Source of the DNA: Eutreptiella sp. 'Long Island Sound 2002' | Lineage: Eukaryota > Protista > Euglenida | NCBI GenBank assembly: GCA_964036045.1 | Contig: OZ038378.1 | Coordinates: forward strand, 12,524,001 to 12,588,000 | Direction: 5' to 3' | DNA: 64,000 bases | Part shown: positions 11,307 through 21,942 of the stretch, in pieces | Layout of the letters: each line of letters begins with the position of its first letter | Position numbering within the stretch: position 1 is the stretch's first letter | Notes under the pieces: model-generated | Told to the model about the DNA's origin: nothing | Seen by the model: the letters and a program-made list of their open reading frames with translations, nothing else | Databases searched by the model: none | Translations under genes and position numbers: made by a program

Positions 11307-13026
11307 TTGTACCTTGATTGCTGCGATTACGAGTATGAACATCAAGAGACATTTTTTCGGCGTTGCTGAGCACATTAGAAGCGTGCATTGCTACCCTCGG
11401 AAACGACGAAACAAATTGCTCTTGTGCAGAAAAGTTGTATGGTTCAGTCATCAGCCTCACAACAGCATTCCAGTCGGTGGGCTTCATCGACTTATCTACA
11501 CCAAGAAAACCCACATGTGCACCAACAACATGAGCCACTTCACTCATCCGGATACGCCCATATACACTTGCAGTCATTCGGCAGTCACTGTGCCCTATCC
11601 ACTTGGCTATTTGCTCAAACGACAGCCCCCTTGCATGCAGCAGATGCACCAACGTATGCCTGAAAGTATGAGGGTGCGCAATGCGATGCGGAATCGATGT
11701 ACGGCTCAATATAGTTTTGACTACCTTCCAGATGGCCGTACGGCTCATGCTACGACGGAGGTCGGAGCCCGGAAATATGTACGCACTTTGCTGAGTTGGT
11801 CTTCTATGCCATCGAAACCACTGCGCGATCAGAACTCGTATGGTCTGACTTAGTGGCGAAATACACCTTTTCTTGCCAAACTTTTCGATGGTATTGGCGC
11901 AATCTGGTACATCAACATGTCGCAACTTGGGCCCCGCTGCCTGCAAGCGACCTACCACATCTACACTGTATGCTAGTCTGCTGAGACCACCTATACGAAG
12001 CCCGAATGACAGCAGGAGCAACACAAAGAGTCGTTCCTGAACAGTATGTGCTGCAAGTATCACCTCCTCCACATGCGACGGATTGAAAGCGAACTGAATG
12101 TCGTCCGTTTCTGATCCATCCACGTGGCACACCCTGATTTGTATTCGCGACAATTCCCGCTGAAGTTTTTCCTTCATATGTAGTCCACTTTCGCACTCAG
12201 TGCCCGACGAGCCAATGGACATATACCCCGTATCCTCCTCATCTGATTCTGTATCCATATCCACAATGGCAAGTGTCGGAATTGGTATATGTGGTGGTTC
12301 ACCATGGCATATGATTGAGTGCATTCGCCGCAAATGGGAGATATCCTTTCGAAATTCAACGAATGATTTTTTGTGGAGGGTAGTTGAGCCATACAGCCGC
12401 AGCCACTGATACGCGGAAAGCTGTTGAATGCGCCCCCACTGTGTATCAAATAGTCCAGCACATGATGCATTGTCTAACAAGGAACAGTAAATACGCTTAA
12501 ATAGCAAGGCTATGCGTTGCATGTTTCCCTTACTGACAGCGGTCAGGACCTGGCGACCAAAAGAGTCCAATGTTTTTGCGAGTAGCAGATACAAAAGACT
12601 GTCGGGATTACGGCGTACAGCAATGGGTATACAATGATGCAGCAACACCTCGCTATATGCTGATTGGTGGCAACGGAATTTGACCCTGGTACCAAGGCGC
12701 AAAGTGGGGTTGATGGCATATGCCAACACCTCAAGTGGTAGGGAGAATAAGGCCCTTGAGAGGTGTGTGCGTACATGTAGTACATGCCTCGATGACCAGC
12801 CGGTCTGCATGTGCCGCCATGCTTCGATCGCGATGGCACAGCTGTTGTTTGAGGTGAACAATGTGTCGGAATGGTCACCACTGCCACCCGCGATCTGATT
12901 GAAAGTCCTCACAAAGACAACAAGATAATGAAGAGCTGTGTCTGCCCTCTTGGTTCCCCAACCCTGTGCAATCATACAGCCATGCACTCTGTCGTATACA
13001 TACTTGGTCCTGATTAATTCACGCAC
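11269..13026 (-). CDS. Tyrosine recombinase 2 (subfamily A)
   Basis: FGLRIGG, EKFGK, AHPHTFRH, WIGH, SVYG; GTG start in the ORF track. Confidence 0.92.
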   Translation of the reverse strand: MRELIRTKYVYDRVHGCMIAQGWGTKRADTALHYLVVFVRTFNQIAGGSGDHSDTLFTSNNSCAIAIEAWRHMQTGWSSRHVLHVRTHLSRALFSLPLEVLAYAINPTLRLGTRVKFRCHQSAYSEVLLHHCIPIAVRRNPDSLLYLLLAKTLDSFGRQVLTAVSKGNMQRIALLFKRIYCSLLDNASCAGLFDTQWGRIQQLSAYQWLRLYGSTTLHKKSFVEFRKDISHLRRMHSIICHGEPPHIPIPTLAIVDMDTESDEEDTGYMSIGSSGTECESGLHMKEKLQRELSRIQIRVCHVDGSETDDIQFAFNPSHVEEVILAAHTVQERLFVLLLLSFGLRIGGLSRLAYSVDVVGRLQAAGPKLRHVDVPDCANTIEKFGKKRCISPLSQTIRVLIAQWFRWHRRPTQQSAYIFPGSDLRRSMSRTAIWKVVKTILSRTSIPHRIAHPHTFRHTLVHLLHARGLSFEQIAKWIGHSDCRMTASVYGRIRMSEVAHVVGAHVGFLGVDKSMKPTDWNAVVRLMTEPYNFSAQEQFVSSFPRVAMHASNVLSNAEKMSLDVHTRNRSNQGTINPSSRMDPGGM

Positions 13027-13035
13027 ATGCCATAC

Positions 13036-13383
13036 TTACATGTCACGCAGAGGTTGCCAAAAGAGGAGTATACATACACCAGCAAACAGACTGACAAGAA
13101 AGGCAATGCGGCGATCACGCATTGACTTTTTTCTTGCCTTTAACTGTGCATCAGTGAGACTATCACCAAACGGTGTGCCGTAGTTGTGGGTCACAGCAAG
13201 ATAGCCAATACAAGCAATCACATATGCCAATGAGGCATTAGCAAGAAGCTTAATATGCAGTGGACATACCATTTTGTCTAATGGATAGATGTATACATCC
13301 ATATGATCAATGGGCCACTTATTACATACTCCAGGCATATCATCACGGTCCTCGGTGTGAGAATGGGGTCTTATGGTTCTCAT
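13036..13383 (-). CDS. Small 2-TM membrane protein of a giant-virus-like family
   Basis: TM-GTPFGDSLTDAQLKARKKS-RR-TM layout recalled from NCLDV hypothetical proteins. Confidence 0.6.
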   Translation of the reverse strand: MRTIRPHSHTEDRDDMPGVCNKWPIDHMDVYIYPLDKMVCPLHIKLLANASLAYVIACIGYLAVTHNYGTPFGDSLTDAQLKARKKSMRDRRIAFLVSLFAGVCILLFWQPLRDM

Positions 13384-13469
13384 GAGCCATTCTGTCCGTT
13401 TCTGGTTGTTTTCTCATCACCTTTTCGTATACGTACAACTGAAAAGTATTCTACATCTATTTATACAAA

Positions 13470-14516
13470 ATGGGAGTGACGGTGTCGTCCCTGTGTTTCC
13501 GTGTGAATGCCACATGGTGGGGTACTCAGAACAGAGAATCGCAGTGCCACATCATCACGCAAGTGCTATTGTACTGTGGTGCATATGGATTTTTGGGTGG
13601 CCATCGCATATTCCCTGGTATTGTTCCAATCAGGGGAAATAGGGTAAATCGCAATTCCCTCAATGACCTATACCACTACATCCGCAACAAATGTGAATAT
13701 ATGGAAGCTGGGAGCATCTTGACAGCATTGATATTTTCAGAGCAGCACTTTTATGTGCTTCTCGTAGACATACACAACAAAAGTGCAACAATCTGGGACC
13801 CAGACAACATGCGGAAACTTAACCCTGATACTTATTATTATTGGGATATACTCAAGGACATCTGTAGTATCCTACAACTCCACCCAGTTGAATATGCCAT
13901 TGAAACAGAAGCTCCGGATCATCAGTGGCAGTTGATTCGTAACATTGCATATAATATATATGACTACGGATCATGGGGGTTGTGTGGGATTGTTGCACTC
14001 TCTATGATGTTGCACACAACAATCTGTGCTGGCAGACACGCCACCTGGCTGGGTAACAGGGGTGGAGGGAGCGGACTTGAAATCTTTATAACACGGTTTC
14101 TGACAGAGTGTGCAAAACGTGAAAATGATTGTGTCCTGACATTGATACACACACTGTCGCTCACAAGTAGTATCAATACTAATGCACCCATATGTTGGTT
14201 ATACGATGTGTGTACCCCACTAGCACGCCTGCGCAAAATACTGTATGTATCGAATTCCAAATGTCCATTTTGGTCCACATGCCATGTTATGAATGCACGT
14301 AGATCCACCATAACCTACATGATTGGATGGCCAATATCCACTTACGAGGATGCAATCAGATGGGGCTGGTGCACTGAAACGCAGTCCATCGTACACAAAG
14401 GGACAAACAGTACTGAAATAGAACAGGAAATCAAGCACTTGCTGAATACTGTAGCACCCGAAAATCGTCTGATTGCATTTGCACACATCGCACCCAACGT
14501 ACTACTTGCACAATAA
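13470..14516 (+). CDS. Ulp1/SENP-like (clan CE) cysteine protease
   Basis: Catalytic order His (EQHFYVLLVD), Asp (IWDP), Gln, Cys (WGLCGIVAL). Confidence 0.65.
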   Translation: MGVTVSSLCFRVNATWWGTQNRESQCHIITQVLLYCGAYGFLGGHRIFPGIVPIRGNRVNRNSLNDLYHYIRNKCEYMEAGSILTALIFSEQHFYVLLVDIHNKSATIWDPDNMRKLNPDTYYYWDILKDICSILQLHPVEYAIETEAPDHQWQLIRNIAYNIYDYGSWGLCGIVALSMMLHTTICAGRHATWLGNRGGGSGLEIFITRFLTECAKRENDCVLTLIHTLSLTSSINTNAPICWLYDVCTPLARLRKILYVSNSKCPFWSTCHVMNARRSTITYMIGWPISTYEDAIRWGWCTETQSIVHKGTNSTEIEQEIKHLLNTVAPENRLIAFAHIAPNVLLAQ

Positions 14517-14627
14517 CTACAACAAGTACTGTTGTTGTAAAAATTGCACAATACACAACCAAATAAAGTAAAAAATAAAAAAAATCCGACGAGGATAGGG
14601 ACACACCAGATGAGCAGCACACACCCA

Positions 14628-15437
14628 AAACATCAGACCCTCGCCACATCATGCAAGGTGCTGGTCAAGGAATGGTGACTCGGCTGGCCCAGGCTTCCAT
14701 CCTCTCCAGGCACCGGGAGAACCACCCCTGATAGGGATACCAAATGGCGTGTATTGTCTGTCACTGAACAAAACGCCATGCACAACTTCAAGAAATTGTG
14801 CTGTGAGGTCTTTACGTGTTATTGCATACTGTCGAATCATCATGAAGGGCAAATCTGACATGCGTGAATTTTTATGCTCCCGCAGGTATATTGTTACCCA
14901 ATCCGCCACACCCTCCATCAAATTGCTGTACCGTTGAGAATATGGTGTGTCATCTGACAATCCCAGAATATCAAATGCCACAAATCGCGCAATCCCCCAA
15001 TTCGCATGATTTGAATTACTGTTGGCGAGCGCAACCGCAAGGTGAAGCGAGTGCGAGCCACAGATCAACTCACCAATCACGGGGAGACCTGGCGGCAATG
15101 CAGCCCTGAATTGTGATGGTGGTGACATACGTTTGCCATTTTTTGTGTAAAGCGATTCACCATCCCAGATTGCCATAATTCCATCCAATTTCTCTTGTGA
15201 CTTGAAAAGCCTACCATTGTGTCCAATCCAGTTTTCCAAATCTTTTGCATCCCCATACATGGCATTGTCCGCTCTCGGGGCATTCGCATGCAAGCCATCT
15301 GGGGTGGGTGACCATGTGCGCCTATATGGTAGTGGTGGCAGCGTGATGGAGTGACTATTCCGAGCCCTGTCCCTCAATTGCATAAGAACATCCAGACATG
15401 AAATTGCCATTACCACAGACTTTATACACCCATACAT
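14628..15437 (-). pseudogene. ATP-dependent DNA ligase nucleotidyltransferase domain, truncated
   Basis: EKLDGIMAIWDG (motif I), IGELICG (III), AFDI (IIIa); motif IV GEGLMF lies just after the in-frame TGA at 14649-14651; no OB domain follows. Confidence 0.8.
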
Positions 15438-15455
15438 ACTGCATACCCTTATGTA

Positions 15456-18410
15456 TCACACAATATCAATAGTCATTGCACACAATGCTCGGAGTAACCA
15501 GTGGCACTGTTCTCCCAAATGTGAAAATGGAAAATCCATGTGAACTGAACTGATACGGAGATTACGCATAATTACTGGAAGTGTCAATGTTTCGTATATA
15601 ATCTTTGTATCCATGGCATACTCTACAACACCACATTGCATCATGTTACTACCTGATATGGTTGTTGTCAATTTACGGCTTTTCCACTGATGTGCTGCCA
15701 CCGCTGTACATGTACACACCCATTGGTGGTATGTTGATCCATTTTTCAAGTTTTCGCCACACCAACAATATCCAGTATGCTGTTGTTCATTCAGGATAAT
15801 TTTGACACCCTGGCAAAATTCAGCGTTTCGCCATGCCTGTAATTCATGCTGTATCGTTCTGCTATGGTCATGGAATATTGCAAATATGCGCACGGGGTAA
15901 TCAGCATGGTAACACATATGCTCAAACATGCTGATCAAATGCTCACCACCTGTGACAATCTGACTCAGACTAAATCCCGAATATATGAAATTAGCACCAA
16001 CAGTTGGAAGGTGAACCGAGTCCTGCAATGATACAGGATGCAGATACAACGGAAACCCACGATGCCGCGTTGTACTGAATAACACGGCTGATATGCACCC
16101 ATTTTCTTCATTGCGCACCTCAGCTTTTCCGTTGAGACGATTGATGTATTCTGAACGTGCCTCAATGTCGGGTTCAAATACATGCAATACCAAGGGTGCC
16201 AACTTTGCCCATATGCTCATGGTTCCACCGCGCCCACCCCCAATATCCAGTGCATAGCAATTGCCAATTGCCGCAAATGCATTTTGTAGTAGATCACGTA
16301 TCTTCGGACGCAAAGCACCAGCTATACAAAATTTCAACGTCATGCCATTTGTGGGTGCCTGTAGATCACCCAGTGTAACACCACTGGTCACTGTGCAGAC
16401 CACATTGTCATATATGTTAGCAGTCTTTCCCTTCTCTCGCAAACAGAGGGGTTCCAATGTCTCGTGTGTCTTAGACAAAGCAAACTCAACAACACGACCA
16501 CTGACACCAGGGTCAGAACAATGCAGCAAGACTGGCAATTCATATACACTACCCGTTTTACTACAGCTTATGTGCTGTATATTACGAAAACCACCACCCT
16601 GACTGAATGGGATTCGAGCCATGATCTCATACCAACAGTGATCGCTGTCAACAAGGACTGGCATTGCAAGAAGATCAATTGTGATTGTGCGTTTCACTTT
16701 ATACATACACGAGGTGACATAATCCATATCATGATTATTGTACAGAATGATACCATCGCAGGGGTGCATCACAATTTCCGCCCATCGCAAACACTTTTCG
16801 AGGCTTTGATAGGGATCTGACGTGAGACGAAAGGCTGGTTTGTATGAAAGCTTCAACGGGCCATCTCTCAGGCCGAGAGCCTGGACAAGTGACCTCAGCG
16901 CTAGTTGACGCACCGAAAACGACATGCCATACGTGTAACACAAAATTGGAGATGCCAAACAATCATAAACACAGGCTTGTACGCTTGCAGTACCCACACC
17001 CCAAGCCTCAGCCTCCAGCAGAATAGGATACAACCTGGACTTATATATCAGTTTCTCCCATGTCCAGGCCGACCAATCACCCGTACGCGTCAGCATATAG
17101 ACCCCAAACCTGTTACTCCATATTACACATTCACGACCATCTGATTTTGGTGTGACCCACATGTCACCATGTACTAAATGTCGATCTGTGCACAGTAAGT
17201 CCCGTGGTCTGGGAATGACCGGGTACCCTGCGCTTTCACGCAACGCATACCTGCGACAAAGAATTGAAAGGTGCCTACGGGCCAATTGCATCAGTGGACC
17301 CAATAGCTGCTCCCAATTACCGATACCATGAAATACCCGGGTAGTGATCGCCTCCTTCGTGATCATACCGAACACAGTTGGTAAATCCGGCAAAATATCG
17401 TCTGAGGTGTCTGATGACAGGCCAGCAACCTGAATATCTGATGTAACACATTTATGTGCAAACATTGCCATGGCAATAGCTCGTGCACTGACTGGTTCAA
17501 CGACCTCCGTTTCGATTCTCCAAGTTGAATACTGGGAACCCAATACACCAATCCACACCTGTAGTTCTTGTTCGCTGCTTGGTACAGGAAGGGACTGAAT
17601 CTTTTTTTCCAGTTCTGACACAGGCATGCGGCTGATGAATGATAGTCGCAACATGAACACAAAAAAAGTGCTGATGTGACTGATCCACTCCACTTTGACC
17701 AACATGCTATCAGTAGAGGACTTCTGTATGAACGATGCACACACATTCGGTATTCCGCAGGAAAACCCAGTACTTTGAGGGTCGGCAGTTTCATTTGCAA
17801 CCTGTAAGGAAAGGCCACATATTTGATATGTTCGTTTTACTTTCATGTCGGTGCAATCACCAAGTTTTCTGATGTCAGCTGAATATCTGACAGATTTGCG
17901 ATGGGCCCAAGTGTATGTTTGCTGATCGTTAGCATATACGCGACACGAACTGATGGCACCAAGTATGACCGTCGGGGATTCAAATGCACAACATGCTTCA
18001 ATTTGCTGGACTAGCTTACGTATCTGTTGTGGAGCCCAGGAGTGTGGCGAAACAGGAATGGAACCATTCTTTGTACTACAATGCACGGTCACTGTACTTT
18101 TACAGACAAGTGAACGGAGCAAAATATTGCTGGACTGCTGGTTAACAGTATATTGGGTACGATTATCTGGTTGTGCATGTACGCGTAGAAGGTCTGCACC
18201 TAGCTCAACTTCAAGTACAACCTCTCCTGTCTGTTTCCAACATGAGGTACCCAGGCCAGTACTTGCACAGTCCAACAAGGGCAGATCGAACAAAAAGGCA
18301 ACAGCCTGTTCATACATTTGGAGCGTGTCCGTGAAGCGATTTGTGTTGGTTGTGGCGCCGGAATCCGCAAATGTGGGACCATTACTTCGACGACGCAGTG
18401 GAAGTTTCAT
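15456..18410 (-). CDS. NCLDV-type multi-domain mRNA capping enzyme (guanylyltransferase + N7-methyltransferase, presumed N-terminal triphosphatase)
   Basis: VTPKSDG (KxDG), YDCL, DGIILY, YKVKRTITIDL; SAM motif ALDIGGGRGG; 984 aa. Confidence 0.88.
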   Translation of the reverse strand: MKLPLRRRSNGPTFADSGATTNTNRFTDTLQMYEQAVAFLFDLPLLDCASTGLGTSCWKQTGEVVLEVELGADLLRVHAQPDNRTQYTVNQQSSNILLRSLVCKSTVTVHCSTKNGSIPVSPHSWAPQQIRKLVQQIEACCAFESPTVILGAISSCRVYANDQQTYTWAHRKSVRYSADIRKLGDCTDMKVKRTYQICGLSLQVANETADPQSTGFSCGIPNVCASFIQKSSTDSMLVKVEWISHISTFFVFMLRLSFISRMPVSELEKKIQSLPVPSSEQELQVWIGVLGSQYSTWRIETEVVEPVSARAIAMAMFAHKCVTSDIQVAGLSSDTSDDILPDLPTVFGMITKEAITTRVFHGIGNWEQLLGPLMQLARRHLSILCRRYALRESAGYPVIPRPRDLLCTDRHLVHGDMWVTPKSDGRECVIWSNRFGVYMLTRTGDWSAWTWEKLIYKSRLYPILLEAEAWGVGTASVQACVYDCLASPILCYTYGMSFSVRQLALRSLVQALGLRDGPLKLSYKPAFRLTSDPYQSLEKCLRWAEIVMHPCDGIILYNNHDMDYVTSCMYKVKRTITIDLLAMPVLVDSDHCWYEIMARIPFSQGGGFRNIQHISCSKTGSVYELPVLLHCSDPGVSGRVVEFALSKTHETLEPLCLREKGKTANIYDNVVCTVTSGVTLGDLQAPTNGMTLKFCIAGALRPKIRDLLQNAFAAIGNCYALDIGGGRGGTMSIWAKLAPLVLHVFEPDIEARSEYINRLNGKAEVRNEENGCISAVLFSTTRHRGFPLYLHPVSLQDSVHLPTVGANFIYSGFSLSQIVTGGEHLISMFEHMCYHADYPVRIFAIFHDHSRTIQHELQAWRNAEFCQGVKIILNEQQHTGYCWCGENLKNGSTYHQWVCTCTAVAAHQWKSRKLTTTISGSNMMQCGVVEYAMDTKIIYETLTLPVIMRNLRISSVHMDFPFSHLGEQCHWLLRALCAMTIDIV

Positions 18411-18432
18411 CTGTGATAGAAATAAAGGGTGA

Positions 18433-19695
18433 CTAAAGGAGTGACCGGGCGAGTTCCTCCGCGGTGGGCGAATGATCAGAACACTGAAATGCTAGTTCCA
18501 GCTTAGTAAATCCGGTGAACTGCGGGAATGTGGTCACTGGTTGAGGGTACTCAACCCCACTAAATGACCTGATATGTGGACTCAGGGAATGAAATTGCAT
18601 CACTTCGCGCTTGAATAACCGCCGTGAGCGTTTCAGCATTTTTCGTAACACAGGCTGGAAACATTTCTTGTTGAGCTTATCTTGATTTCGCAATATACGG
18701 CGGACAAAAACTTCAATTAATGAAGTTTCGCTGTCATCATCACCCAAAAAAGCGACAAGAAATGATGGGGTAGTTCGATTGAGGTCTTCGCATTGTTCGG
18801 ATTGAATTTCATCTGTGCGAAAAAACACATCATCCCATATGTCAGGGGGACTGAAGCAGCTTTTTTGTGCGTGGTAAAGACACAAAACATACTCAAGAAG
18901 GGCGGCTTGATACAAAACTTGTTCAGAATCTATCATCCTTTAGTACAATCGGTGGTTGTTACAACAAATATATCTTGCGACAGACAATGGAAAATCAGTC
19001 CTCTCCATCACCCTACGGAATTCCCGTGCTATTTCCTCCTCATCAGTCAACTTCCTTCCACTGACCATGGATTTGAATGTATGCAAAAGTGATCTCAAAA
19101 GCGCAATAGGTTCCTGCTCAAGTCGTCCGTTGTCATCGAGCATCTGATCAAGATAGTCGGGATAGTTCCGTTTCCTGCTTCTACCACAACCCTGTGCAAC
19201 ATCCAGGCAATCAGTGGGGTTTTCGGATGCCATCCGATTGTTGACTCTGGGGTCGTATGCTGTAATCTTTCCATGACCTCTTTCTTTATCAAACACAAAA
19301 AATCCAAATTCCCTGTCTCCGTTTTTGAATTTGGGTTCTTTGCTTTCCACGAAGCAGAGTTTGCAGGTGGTCTGCCATTGTATATCGGTTATGTTTTTTT
19401 TTGGTGTGTACAATGCATCCTTGACCATTTTAATTATGCTGGTGTTTGCAGCATTTAAATCCTATTGTACATCGACAATCTCGCGCAGTCGTAATGCTTC
19501 CATATGCGGTTTAATCGTGGGTATACATTTTATATCCGTACGTTCAGACGTGACACAACCCAAAAACTTGGAAAACACCATGAAATAGTAGTCCGTAAAA
19601 GCATCGCACAACTCTTTGTCGGTTGACATAAGAATTCTGGCTTTGTACATTGTTACAAGACGCCAACTCTTATGCAGGGATTTTTTGTGTACCAC
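18433..19695 (-). pseudogene. Hypothetical ~420-codon gene split into three same-frame ORFs
   Basis: ORFs 19462..19695, 18940..19428 and 18433..18936 share one frame, separated only by TAG (19462-64) and TAA (18940-42). Confidence 0.5.
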
Positions 19696-20271
19696 GCAAC
19701 AGACGCAGAGGGCAGAATGTGGGCTGAAACACTGCAGCTATTTAGCAACTCGAGTAACTGTATGTTAAAATTTGTTGCGTTGGTCACAGAAGACGAAAGG
19801 AAAAGAAGTCATGCATTTCTCGAGCTCAAAAACGAGAAAATGTGCAACATGTACATCGTCACATACGATCCTACTACCAAACTTCGCAGTGTGCTCAGCA
19901 ATGAACACCCCAGGGACTGGCTCCAAAAGACACTAGAAGATTTACCGAATATTTGCAGCAACACAAACTGCACACATGTATTGCAGAATCTGATGCCACA
20001 AACAATAGACTTAATAAAAACAATAGTGACAACACCAAAATCTGAAAAACAACCCATTTGCGGAACAGATAAACCCCAAAAGACGATATCACAGGCAGAA
20101 AAATGCGATGACAATGATCTCATCTACAGCGAATCGGTCATACCGGAATCGAAAATGCGGAACTCGAATCTACACAAAAAAGTAAATATCGCTGAGGCAA
20201 TACAAAGCGCAGAGGCACGCGAAACTAATACAAACACAAGGTCCACACTAGGCCGGATTACAGATGAATGA
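19672..20271 (+). CDS. Hypothetical protein
   Basis: 199-aa ORF. Confidence 0.55.
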   Translation: MQGFFVYHATDAEGRMWAETLQLFSNSSNCMLKFVALVTEDERKRSHAFLELKNEKMCNMYIVTYDPTTKLRSVLSNEHPRDWLQKTLEDLPNICSNTNCTHVLQNLMPQTIDLIKTIVTTPKSEKQPICGTDKPQKTISQAEKCDDNDLIYSESVIPESKMRNSNLHKKVNIAEAIQSAEARETNTNTRSTLGRITDE

Positions 20272-20283
20272 CCGCCGCCCAGA

Positions 20284-20652
20284 TTGCTGTATATGACAAT
20301 TAAAAATATGCTTTCAACCCATTGGGCAATAAACACCGATGCAGAAAATACTACGACAAAACCACCATTTCTCATCATGTATCATCGCACAGATTGCGCA
20401 CTATGTGTCAATCAAAAGGCCAATGTATGGCCAAGGCTGGCGAAGGAGAGTGACGACAGAGGAATTATTCCGATACTATGGGAAGTGTCTGCACAAAAAA
20501 AGCTACCCACTGTTCGTATTACTGCTGTACCGATGTATCACTATGTTTTACCTGATAAGGGGGGTCAAAGTACATATGGCGAGGACACCAAGCTCGAAGT
20601 ATACAAAGCAGACCAGACTGGTAGCCTGCTTGAAAAAATCAAAAATGCCTAA
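20284..20652 (+). CDS. Thioredoxin-fold protein
   Basis: LIMYHRTDCALC (CxxC), WPRLAKE helix and ITAVPMY cis-Pro motif. Confidence 0.7.
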   Translation: MLYMTIKNMLSTHWAINTDAENTTTKPPFLIMYHRTDCALCVNQKANVWPRLAKESDDRGIIPILWEVSAQKKLPTVRITAVPMYHYVLPDKGGQSTYGEDTKLEVYKADQTGSLLEKIKNA

Positions 20653-21196
20653 ACCACCACGCGATAGAAAAATGTGCGCGTTTTGGATCGCGGTGATGAC
20701 GTTGAATTTTGATGATATCCCCTGTCCGAAAACCCATGTACATCGCGATGGGATCTGACCGCAACAATTTTGGCAAGGTGCTTGCCGGCCAGGGACATTC
20801 TTCCCTCGAAATATGTTCATGTGGTGGAACAAGTACATGATCAACTACTCGCATCAGTACAATCCACCACCTGACAATACTTATTCGGCAGCCAATAGGG
20901 ATGTTACGACCAATGTCGTTCTGCGATACTATCTCAATGCACAATTCATCCTGTGTGCCTCCACTGCTGACCTCCCAAATTTCTCGCACATACTGTATTG
21001 GCAGCTTTGGCAAGTTGGACACCGACGTCAGAAGCCGCCTAGACGGTGTATACCACACTGGGGTGGCTGGTATGCAAATTCTTTTTCTCAATATCTTAAC
21101 AACGTCATGGTGTACCATTTGATCATCCAGTCTTATATACTCTATTCCACGTCGCATCAACATATTCTCTGTGGAGCTGACAACCATGGATTGCAT
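20649..21196 (-). CDS. RPB5: RNA polymerase subunit RPB5 homolog with a C-terminal frameshift
   Basis: HVLVPPHEHI, LPKLLRSDPIAMYMGFRTGDIIKIQR; canonical ending (TFFYRVVV*) is in the -1 frame with TAG at 20649-20651. Confidence 0.88.
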
Positions 21197-21244
21197 GTTG
21201 TGCTTGATTGTAATACTCTGTAAAAGAAGTAAAAAAAAAGTGTA

Positions 21245-21622
21245 ATGGAGACAACCACCACCAATGACTTGGTTGAATCTGTTTCTGTTGGTGGGGATGC
21301 GGCAAGGACGGGTCTACGAACGCGTATGACCGGTGTGACTGACAGGACACAGGTCCACACAAAGCTTGGCAAAATGAACACAGGCACAAGGACATTACAG
21401 CAGGCATGTCTGCTCAGACCGGAGGCGGCAGAATGCAAGACACAGCAAAATATGCGTACGGCGTATGTCTTTACCATGGGCGAGGGGGACAAAAGGGCAT
21501 CCAATTCAGCCCGTGCGTGTGCGGATCAGTGGTGTGCCAAACAAAATAGAATCAGGCGCCATAGTCGAGTTCACCAGTGCAAGGTGGTCAACAGCATGAA
21601 ACAAGATCAAGAGGGGCAATAA
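21245..21622 (+). CDS. Hypothetical protein
   Basis: 125-aa ATG ORF after an A-rich upstream tract. Confidence 0.5.
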   Translation: METTTTNDLVESVSVGGDAARTGLRTRMTGVTDRTQVHTKLGKMNTGTRTLQQACLLRPEAAECKTQQNMRTAYVFTMGEGDKRASNSARACADQWCAKQNRIRRHSRVHQCKVVNSMKQDQEGQ

Positions 21623-21657
21623 GTGTCACTGAAAATTATATAGTATAGTAATCGAAA

Positions 21658-21942
21658 ATGGACAAATCGCTTTTGGCTGATGCCTTCGGTGACGTGCAAC
21701 CAGTGGATGAAGCGGCGGTGGCCAAAAATAAAAACAGTACACCATGTCTGTTCACAGATATACAGATCGCACTCCTTGTATTTGGATTATGTGCCATGAT
21801 CAATTGCTACACCGTACACAAGGCAACTGTGTACCCTGAGCTACTGAGGTCAGACAAGAAGGCATGGTACGCAACCATGGGAACGACAACTATGGCACTT
21901 TTTTTTGCTTTTTGTGTTATCATAATTCACTTTCGCAGATAA
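21658..21942 (+). CDS. Small 2-TM membrane protein
   Basis: 94 aa, two hydrophobic helices. Confidence 0.55.
   Translation: MDKSLLADAFGDVQPVDEAAVAKNKNSTPCLFTDIQIALLVFGLCAMINCYTVHKATVYPELLRSDKKAWYATMGTTTMALFFAFCVIIIHFRR

Noticed and set aside
13021-13045. GTAAGT splice donor upstream of YR2 and an intron explanation for non-ATG starts of YR2 and YR5
   Set aside because: The hexamer coincides with the upstream gene's stop; no matching branch point or acceptor restoring an ATG could be found
222-14651. TGA recoding (alternative genetic code) to explain internal stops
   Set aside because: TAG and TAA also occur internally, TGA ends many normal genes, and the YR1 duplicate shows CGA at the same site
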